A stretch of DNA of 14,865 nucleotides, taken from a virus. The DNA is taken from the UHGV virus genome UHGV-0294841. One strand, written 5' to 3'. The notes beneath the pieces are model-generated. The model was not told where the DNA came from, ran no database searches, and was given only the letters and a program-made list of their open reading frames with translations. Shown here piece after piece: positions 8,651 to 14,865 of this stretch (the stretch's first letter is position 1; the number at the start of each line of letters is the position of its first letter). Both the position numbers and the translations under genes were made by a program.

Positions 8651-9112
8651 CTATCTGCACTGCTCATTAATATACTTCTGGGTTCCTTCCAGTTGTTTTT
8701 GCATAGTGATCAGCCTCTCTCTGAGAGTGAAATAATCCCGTTCAGCGGTGTCAGCCAGTCGGGGGGAGGCTGCATTATCCATGCCGGAGGCGGTGGTGGC
8801 TTCACGCACTGACTGACAGACTGCTTTGATGTGCAACCGACGACGACCAGCGGCAACATCATCACGCAGAGCATCATTTTCAGCTTTCGCATCAGCTAAC
8901 TCCTTCGTGTATTTTGCATCGAGCGCAGCAACATCACGTTGGCGCACCTGCATGTCAGTAATTGTCGAGTTCGCCAGCTTCAGTTCTCTGGCATTTTTGT
9001 CGCGCTGGGCTTTGTAGGTAATCGCGTTATCGCGGTAATGATTAACAGCCCATGACAGGCAGACGATGACGCAGATAACCAGAGCGGAGATAATCGCGGT
9101 TACTCTGCTCAT
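8651..9112 (-). CDS. Rz: Rz i-spanin
   Basis: 153 aa with N-terminal TM ('[20 protein letters not shown]') and coiled-coil periplasmic domain. ATGA overlap with R. Closely resembles lambda Rz. Confidence 0.9.
   Translation of the reverse strand: MSRVTAIISALVICVIVCLSWAVNHYRDNAITYKAQRDKNARELKLANSTITDMQVRQRDVAALDAKYTKELADAKAENDALRDDVAAGRRRLHIKAVCQSVREATTASGMDNAASPRLADTAERDYFTLRERLITMQKQLEGTQKYINEQCR
8710..8892 (-). CDS. Rz1: Rz1 o-spanin lipoprotein, embedded in the +1 frame of Rz
   Basis: '[23 protein letters not shown]...[15 protein letters not shown]' has a lipobox (VVGC) and proline-rich stretch and is nearly identical to lambda Rz1 as I recall it. Entirely nested inside Rz. Confidence 0.85.
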   Translation of the reverse strand: MRKLKMMLCVMMLPLVVVGCTSKQSVSQCVKPPPPPAWIMQPPPDWLTPLNGIISLSERG

Positions 9113-9585
9113 ACCTCAATCTCTCTGACAGTTCCGCCTGCTTCCTTGAATTTTGCAATCAGGCTGTCAGCCTTATGCTCGAACTGACCATAACCAGCGC
9201 CCGGCAGTGAAGCCCAGATATTGCTGCAACGGTCAATTGCCTGACGAATATCACCGCGATCAATCATCGGTAAAGCGCCACGCTCTTTAATCTGCTGCAA
9301 TGCCACTGCGTCCTGGCTTTTGGGGGAGAAGTCTTTCAAACCAAGCTGTTTACGGTAAGCATCCCACCAGCGTGAAAGAAGCTGATAACGTCCGGCGGCT
9401 GTTGACTTGAGTTTCGGGTTTAGCGTGACAAGTTTGCGAGGGTGATCGGAGTAATCAGTGAAGAGTTCACCACCGACAATAACGTCATAACCGTGGTTAC
9501 GTGTCGGTTGTCGTCCGTTATCCGTTCCTTCTGACCAAGCCACCATATCAAGGAAAGCTTTACGCTGGGAATTTAGTACCTGCAT
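9109..9585 (-). CDS. R: Endolysin R (lambda-type lytic transglycosylase)
   Basis: 158 aa; '[45 protein letters not shown]...' matches lambda R closely from memory. Sits between holin and Rz. Confidence 0.95.
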   Translation of the reverse strand: MQVLNSQRKAFLDMVAWSEGTDNGRQPTRNHGYDVIVGGELFTDYSDHPRKLVTLNPKLKSTAAGRYQLLSRWWDAYRKQLGLKDFSPKSQDAVALQQIKERGALPMIDRGDIRQAIDRCSNIWASLPGAGYGQFEHKADSLIAKFKEAGGTVREIEV

Positions 9586-9588
9586 AAA

Positions 9589-9915
9589 TTACTCCTTAGA
9601 GCCACCAAATTTGTTACCGATTACTCGCATTGCAGCCCCACGAATAGCATCGACACCGATCAGCCCCACCCCACCACCAATGGCAACAGATAGTGATTTA
9701 GGCCATCCGACATACTCAAGAGCGGATGCAAAAGTCAGCGTCAGAGCGCCACAGAGTAGAATTTCGAGTGTTTTTCGCTTCCAGCCGCCACCACCGCCAA
9801 AATAGGCGATACGTAAACCAGCCATAACAATCGACATAATCACTGCGCCCAGCGGTGTGTCTCCACGCCACCAGCTCTGGACCAACTCCAGCCAGGTATT
9901 TGGGTTATGAGGCAT
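9589..9915 (-). CDS. Holin (not lambda S family; multi-TM, Gly-rich)
   Basis: 108 aa immediately upstream of R with 2-3 hydrophobic segments and a GGGGG motif. ATG start with a GAGG-containing SD. Assigned by position and hydropathy rather than by family recognition. Confidence 0.7.
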   Translation of the reverse strand: MPHNPNTWLELVQSWWRGDTPLGAVIMSIVMAGLRIAYFGGGGGWKRKTLEILLCGALTLTFASALEYVGWPKSLSVAIGGGVGLIGVDAIRGAAMRVIGNKFGGSKE

Positions 9916-10066
9916 TTGTAGTTATCTCTCACCTCGCAATACAGGAGGTGCAAATTGAGGGAACATCATGTACCGCAAATCAGAAGCGGAAACGTAAAAG
10001 AAGTCGAGCCAATGGATAAGTACCAGATAGACCAAGCCCAACGAATACCAAGGCCTAGAAATGACA

Positions 10067-10088
10067 AAACCCGCTCGACGGCGGGTTT
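10067..10088 (-). terminator. Rho-independent terminator-like hairpin upstream of holin (tR'-like candidate)
   Basis: On the minus strand: aaacccgc-cgtcga-gcgggtttTGTCATTT, a GC-core stem followed by a U-rich tract. Lies ~150 bp upstream of the holin start, where lambdoid phages place the Q-antiterminated tR'. Confidence 0.5.
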
Positions 10089-10233
10089 AAGTTGTGTGGC
10101 GAAGTAACCACTCTTAACATGATACATCACTTTTTGCGGACCGTGCTAATGAAATATGTTCGTTAATTTAGTATGTTAAGGACTATCTAAATTGCCTTCA
10201 AAAAGTACAAAAAAATACAAAAAAGGGTTTCTT

Positions 10234-11331
10234 ATGAATGAGCAAACGATCAACCTTTTAAGAGATATCACCGAACGTGTTGGATGGAAGCTCACAAAAA
10301 AAATTGTGGGGGAACCACTTGGTGTCACATCAGTTGGCCTTGACCCATTTATCGCGAGGCTCCAAGCAACAGAAGATGTAGATCAGGAAGCTGTAAGTAC
10401 TCATATAGGTGAAGTATGGCAAAATTTACTATTGAGTGGGACCCGTTTAGTTAAGCTGTATAAGTTAGAACCGGAAGAAGTGCAAACTCTACGGGAGAAT
10501 ATAAATGCCCTAGAAAGAGACGAATCCGTTTTTTGCGAAAGCTATCCATATCCTTTGCCTAAAGATGTGTTGCTTGCAGCTGATACAGATCTTCATTTTT
10601 TAGAAACTACATTTTCTGTCGTAAACAAAGTTTCTTTAGAAACAACGATTCTTACGTCGAAAGCATACTACACAGAAACTATTGAACTCGACGCGACCCA
10701 TTTAAGCGATGCTGGGCTAGCTCTTCGCTCCAATGGTGGTGAAATCAAATGTAAAACACGTGAAGTTACACAGTGCTTTAATACAATAATGATTCTACCC
10801 GAGTTGCATTTACTTGCGCTCACTGTTGATTTATCTGTGATGCCTCGTTCAGAGTCGGAACGACAGCAATTTTTGCTTGATCAGTTTATTAGAACTACTA
10901 CTGGTTTGACTTTACCTGCGCCCATTGACCTCTTTGGATTAGTACAAGAAATGTACGAGCAAACAGATGGTAGAATCTCGCAGATGTCATTTCTTACATC
11001 AGATGGAAACACCAGCTCATTAAAACTCCGTCCGGGTGAAAGCTGCTTGCGCTCAGACAGCTACCATCATGGGGGCGAAGAGGCAAGTCCCATACTAACG
11101 AAATACAAACTCGGTAAAATTTGGGATCTGACTGATTCAGCTTCTCAAGTTTTCCCTGTAGAATTAATACTGCCAGGTAAACGGGCTATGATTGATAAAC
11201 CGAACAGTCACCTTTATGATGCAATCATAGATCGTTGCTCCTCAATTGAGCATATTTTGTTTGTAATCAACAAGATGTTAGAGTCACTATCAAGCATACA
11301 GAGAAAGCGAGCCACTGACGAGGCTGCATAA
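10234..11331 (+). CDS. Hypothetical protein A (365 aa), first gene of an AT-rich three-gene insert; no recognised domain
   Basis: 1.1-kb ORF in ~40% GC DNA (flanking phage genes roughly 50% or higher by my hand count), where chance ORFs are short. ATG 10234 preceded by AAAAGGG; the track's earlier start at 10192 is a TTG. 10-bp gap to gene B. Confidence 0.75.
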   Translation: MNEQTINLLRDITERVGWKLTKKIVGEPLGVTSVGLDPFIARLQATEDVDQEAVSTHIGEVWQNLLLSGTRLVKLYKLEPEEVQTLRENINALERDESVFCESYPYPLPKDVLLAADTDLHFLETTFSVVNKVSLETTILTSKAYYTETIELDATHLSDAGLALRSNGGEIKCKTREVTQCFNTIMILPELHLLALTVDLSVMPRSESERQQFLLDQFIRTTTGLTLPAPIDLFGLVQEMYEQTDGRISQMSFLTSDGNTSSLKLRPGESCLRSDSYHHGGEEASPILTKYKLGKIWDLTDSASQVFPVELILPGKRAMIDKPNSHLYDAIIDRCSSIEHILFVINKMLESLSSIQRKRATDEAA

Positions 11332-11341
11332 AGAGTTGATT

Positions 11342-11764
11342 ATGTTAACTAAACACGACATATACTCGAAAATCAACCACGACCTACATGGGCCGGTTGG
11401 AGATTTATGTCGTGTTGTGGTTGATTTTTTAACCAGCAAAGAAGCTAAGTCACTGAAACACATAACATATGTAAGTTTGGTTAATGGTACTAAGCTTGAT
11501 GTGCAAAATAACGATGCCAAAGTTTTACTGATCAAAGTAACTGACTATCTTTCGAGCAACAGAATGCACTTGCTAGATATGCATTTCCAGTATATCGAGT
11601 CTGACGATAGTGATCCTATTCCCGTCGATGATGATGACGTGTCTCATGCGCTTCATACAGGTAAGTTTTATCATCCTTACAGTGGTCAATTAGTCGATAA
11701 TTATAATCATTATTTGTTCCCATACTTCACTCCTACTGAGGCTTTGGAGGAATTACATGAGTGA
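11342..11764 (+). CDS. Hypothetical protein B (140 aa), acidic
   Basis: ATG 11342 with AAGAG SD. Stop overlaps gene C start by 8 bp (ATGAGTGA). Acidic tract 'ESDDSDPIPVDDDDV'. No family recognised. Confidence 0.7.
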   Translation: MLTKHDIYSKINHDLHGPVGDLCRVVVDFLTSKEAKSLKHITYVSLVNGTKLDVQNNDAKVLLIKVTDYLSSNRMHLLDMHFQYIESDDSDPIPVDDDDVSHALHTGKFYHPYSGQLVDNYNHYLFPYFTPTEALEELHE

Positions 11765-12392
11765 ATGTAATTTCAACCTTGCCCAATTAGACACCTTAAG
11801 TCAATTTGACCCTGAATTGTCTGGTTTTCTTAAGCGAAAATTTGCAGCAAGTCACGACGATTTCGTGAAGCAACTTTACGTTGACCTTGATGACGCGATG
11901 TATGTTTTGGAAACCCAAAAACATATGTATCAAACACAGCAGTGGGGTGAAGATGAGCTCACATCAGTTATTATTGCTTTTTTGAAAGGCCGTAATTATG
12001 ACGCTGAACATGACACTCAGCATGGAGGGCATATAGATATATTAGTTAAACATCAGCTCGGCCGATTTGCATGGATTGGCGAAGCTAAATTATGGAAAGG
12101 TCCTGCGTACATCTTAGGTGGATGGAACCAGCTCAACGAGCGATATGGCACTGGCACTGCGCGTGACAACCATGGTGGCATTATCATTTACTGTAAAATT
12201 AAGAAATCTGGCGAGAGACTTGATGACTGGCGAAAGCATCTTCAGCAGGAAGTAGCTGATGCAAAAATTACAACCGACGAGGATAATCCCTTGCGATTCA
12301 TGAGTACAACATTGCATCCAGCTACAAATCAACCATATTATGTAAGACATATGGTCGTTTCATTATTTCATGCTACAGGAGACTCAGAGTAG
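11757..12392 (+). CDS. Hypothetical protein C (211 aa) with PD-(D/E)xK nuclease-like motif
   Basis: 'GEDELTSVIIAFL...GGHIDILVKHQLGRFAWIGEAKLW' places an Asp at the end of a hydrophobic strand 15 residues before an E-A-K triplet, the classic PD-(D/E)xK arrangement, with an upstream Glu-containing helix. ATG start coupled to gene B. The 3' end overlaps the Q gene 3' end by 25 bp, convergently. Confidence 0.75.
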   Translation: MSECNFNLAQLDTLSQFDPELSGFLKRKFAASHDDFVKQLYVDLDDAMYVLETQKHMYQTQQWGEDELTSVIIAFLKGRNYDAEHDTQHGGHIDILVKHQLGRFAWIGEAKLWKGPAYILGGWNQLNERYGTGTARDNHGGIIIYCKIKKSGERLDDWRKHLQQEVADAKITTDEDNPLRFMSTTLHPATNQPYYVRHMVVSLFHATGDSE

Positions 12393-12754
12393 TCATCCAT
12401 TTCAAGTTTCACATCCAGCATACTTAGGCAGCCATCGATAAAACCTTCAGCAACCTGTATCTCGATACGTATCAATTTTTCGTCTTTATTACGTGCCTTT
12501 GCGATCTTTCTTTTCGAGATGCCATACAGGTAATGAGCCACAATCAAAGAATGTTCGTACGGTTTTCTCTTCTTAAGAAGAGCAAGGCTACCTTCAATAA
12601 TTAATGCATCACTATCTGAACAAGCTAGACGTGTCTTTCTGGTATATGGAAGAAGCCCCTTAAACCCAGCAGCTATAGACGAATAGTCAACTCCTGAGCT
12701 ATCACTCGCTGCCCATGCCCCCCAACGTTCAAGGATCATCTGTATATTACGCAT
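12368..12754 (-). CDS. Q: Late-gene antiterminator Q (21/82/QuuD-like family)
   Basis: 'MRNIQMILERWGAWAA...SSIAAGFKGL...IEGMLSMLDVKLEMD' resembles QuuD/Q21-type antiterminators as I recall them, and the ~128-aa size fits. Start taken as ATG 12754 with GGAGA SD. Sits upstream of the lysis cassette. Confidence 0.75.
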   Translation of the reverse strand: MRNIQMILERWGAWAASDSSGVDYSSIAAGFKGLLPYTRKTRLACSDSDALIIEGSLALLKKRKPYEHSLIVAHYLYGISKRKIAKARNKDEKLIRIEIQVAEGFIDGCLSMLDVKLEMDDYSESPVA

Positions 12755-12772
12755 CAACTTTCTCCGAAAAAA

Positions 12773-13768
12773 TCAGGCCAGCACGCCAATTGCCAGCGCA
12801 CGATCGATAAAACGAAATATCAGCTCCAACTGGGAACCATACTTCTCTTCAAATGCCACGGTATCCGCATGCAGCTCGTCGTGATGCTTTCTGCACAAAG
12901 GCAACACAAAGAGGTCATGCGCTTTTGTACCCATTCCACCCTGACCATGGCCTATCAGGTGGTGGGGATCATCAGCAGGCTTTCCACAACATGTACACGG
13001 CTGTGTCTTAACCCAGCGCGTGTACTTTTCATTAACCCAGCGGCGACGTTTTGGGCGTAACATAAAAGACTCCGGCGACTCCGGATCCACTTTCAGCGCC
13101 AGCACCTTTTTTGCCTTATCCTGGATGATGCTGGTGGCAGGAACCGAAGGCACAAGGTCACTTTCCCGGGTGACAGACGGCACAACAGGCTTTGGTAATC
13201 TCAGTGCCTTACGGGCTGCACTTTCCGGTAAGGCATCCGCCAAGTCATTACGAATCAGCCACCAGCACAGTTCCGGCATTGTCACAACGTGACTATCATC
13301 AAAACCGAGATCCCGACGCACAACAGACAACATCCAGCGGGCACAGTTATCCGTTGCCATTGATTCCAGCCGTTCCGTGAACTGATCGCGCAGCTGGTTA
13401 TCGCAGTGCCAGCACAGACGGATTGCGCCCGGAGCGTGTCGCATTGTTGTCATGTTCTCGCTGTGCCAGTCGGAATGAGGCCACTGGCAGCCTTTTTCAC
13501 GAAGTAACCAGCTTTCAAGACATTCCACGCCACCAGCACGACGGATCACTGCCTCATTGCGGAACACGGCCCGAACGGCAGGATCATCCGCCAGCGGTTG
13601 TGATGCCGCCGGAACGGCACCACTGGCGAAAGATGAATAACGTTCCGGCTCAGGCTCCAGCAGGACACGCCCCTGCATAAACAGGGGCATCAGCTCTGAA
13701 CCTGGTCTGAACAATACGATCCCCATACGTGGGGCAATTTCAGGGGTCAGTAGTGCTCTCACGGTCAC
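12773..13768 (-). CDS. DUF968-family prophage protein (YdfU-like) with C-terminal Cys/His HNH-like cluster
   Basis: 331 aa; C-terminus 'CTCCGKPADDPHHLIGHGQGGMGTKAHDLFVLPLCRKHHDELH' is the zinc-finger/HNH-like tail I associate with DUF968 proteins of lambdoid prophages. Track start is GTG; an internal ATG at 13726 is an alternative. Confidence 0.7.
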   Translation of the reverse strand: MTVRALLTPEIAPRMGIVLFRPGSELMPLFMQGRVLLEPEPERYSSFASGAVPAASQPLADDPAVRAVFRNEAVIRRAGGVECLESWLLREKGCQWPHSDWHSENMTTMRHAPGAIRLCWHCDNQLRDQFTERLESMATDNCARWMLSVVRRDLGFDDSHVVTMPELCWWLIRNDLADALPESAARKALRLPKPVVPSVTRESDLVPSVPATSIIQDKAKKVLALKVDPESPESFMLRPKRRRWVNEKYTRWVKTQPCTCCGKPADDPHHLIGHGQGGMGTKAHDLFVLPLCRKHHDELHADTVAFEEKYGSQLELIFRFIDRALAIGVLA

Positions 13769-13769
13769 C

Positions 13770-14579
13770 TCAATGAACGGTATCGAGCAGCTTTAACAGC
13801 TCAGGGAATCGGGATTCGAAGAAATGCGGCTGCGTCTCGCGCGGATTTGCGGGACTGGTGATGTTCTTGCCGAACATGCAGCCTTTCGCTGTCAGCGACC
13901 AGAATTTTTTGATGTTGTTAATCGCGGTACGACTGTATCGTTCGCGTTGTTCAACGATCCCCAGCTTCGCCATCTGGTGATATGCCTGATTAGCCGTCAG
14001 GCGTATACCATACTGTTTCAGCAGTGCACTCAGTGACAGTGTCGGGCGACTTGAGCCATCGTGTGCATCAGCAGGAGCATCAATGGCATAGCGCGGTGCC
14101 AGATTCGGTAAGCCAACAGCCTCCTGGAGTTTCTGACAGGCACCAAGCACAGATGAGTTAGACAGGTTTAACTCCCGACGCATAAAGTCCAGCAGAATCA
14201 CACCAGCCTGCATCTTGTCAGCAGCCTGTCCGGATAATTTTTCCGGTGCGCTGGTTACCATGTCGAAAGTACGGATCACCTTCAGATGGAATGACGGGCT
14301 GATCCACATTGCATAGGCATACACCAGTTCCTTGCAGACATAAGTTCCCCGTTCATTTCCCCCATGAATCACACTCACCGGGTCAACACCCAAATTCTGG
14401 GTGTTGGTCAATTCATGAACAAGCTCAACAGTTTGTTGGCTGGAAAGAAACTTTCCCGGCTCCTTGGTTCTGGCATTTGCACCAGATGCTACTGCTGCGC
14501 GATGCAGATCGTTCAGGCTGTAACGCCCATAAGCATCACGACGAACTTCAATACCATCAATGACCATCAGATTATTCAT
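13770..14579 (-). CDS. KilA-N domain protein (antirepressor-like)
   Basis: N-terminus 'MNNLMVIDGIEVRRDAYGRYSLNDLHRAAVASG...' is KilA-N-like. I start it at ATG 14579 (GAGGAG SD about 10 nt upstream) rather than the track's GTG at 14612. Confidence 0.7.
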   Translation of the reverse strand: MNNLMVIDGIEVRRDAYGRYSLNDLHRAAVASGANARTKEPGKFLSSQQTVELVHELTNTQNLGVDPVSVIHGGNERGTYVCKELVYAYAMWISPSFHLKVIRTFDMVTSAPEKLSGQAADKMQAGVILLDFMRRELNLSNSSVLGACQKLQEAVGLPNLAPRYAIDAPADAHDGSSRPTLSLSALLKQYGIRLTANQAYHQMAKLGIVEQRERYSRTAINNIKKFWSLTAKGCMFGKNITSPANPRETQPHFFESRFPELLKLLDTVH

Positions 14580-14598
14580 ACTTCGTTTCTCCTCTTGA

Positions 14599-14865
14599 TC
14601 AGGCGGCTGCACCCGCCGTTTTCTCGTACTTACTGATAGTGATCTCGACCTTCCCTTTCGGGATAACCGGTCCCCACTCCACCAGCATTCTTTTCACCTG
14701 ACTGTCGTCTTCCCACACACCCGCGTGGGTCAGGGCGTCAAACAGCGCCTTGTTATAGTTGTCCAGATCGCGGATCCGGTTATCCGGAGGAAACAACACG
14801 ATCTCCACTGAAGCAGGTGCCGACGTTGGTTTTGGCAGACGACGTAACTGCTCAACTATTGCTGC
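14599..14865 (-). CDS. rusA: RusA-family Holliday junction resolvase, 5'-partial (runs off the window end)
   Basis: 'PPDNRIRDLDNYNKALFDALTHAGVWEDDSQV' matches the RusA catalytic-region signature (RRRDLDN...FDAL...DD). Hand translation of 14809-14865 in frame gives 19 further codons with no stop, so the true start lies beyond the window. Confidence 0.85.
   Translation of the reverse strand, partial: AAIVEQLRRLPKPTSAPASVEIVLFPPDNRIRDLDNYNKALFDALTHAGVWEDDSQVKRMLVEWGPVIPKGKVEITISKYEKTAGAAA

Noticed and set aside
10192-10233. Track start of gene A at 10192 (and of bor at 8278)
   Set aside because: Both are TTG codons without a good RBS. Downstream ATGs (10234, 8326) have SD-like sequences, and for bor the ATG matches the known lambda Bor N-terminus.

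Overview
This window is the late region of a lambdoid prophage with an HK97-type head module, from an E. coli-like enterobacterial genome, encoded almost entirely on the minus strand. From high to low coordinates it runs: rusA (5'-partial at the window edge), a KilA-N protein, a DUF968 protein, a Q-family antiterminator, the lysis cassette (holin, lambda-like R endolysin, Rz with embedded Rz1), a plus-strand bor lipoprotein moron, HNH endonuclease, small and large terminase, portal, prohead protease, major capsid and head-tail joining genes, ending in what looks like a truncated tail-side gene. The main candidate for something undescribed is a compact, AT-rich, three-gene plus-strand operon (10234-12392) inserted between Q and the holin, the classic lambdoid moron/defence hotspot. 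Its third gene carries a PD-(D/E)xK nuclease-like motif; I do not recognise any of the three proteins as a named family. Secondary observations are a putative cos region, a tR'-like terminator, two small hydrophobic ORFs and several hairpins. All calls rest on reading the ORF translations and sequence by eye plus recalled family knowledge; no searches were run.
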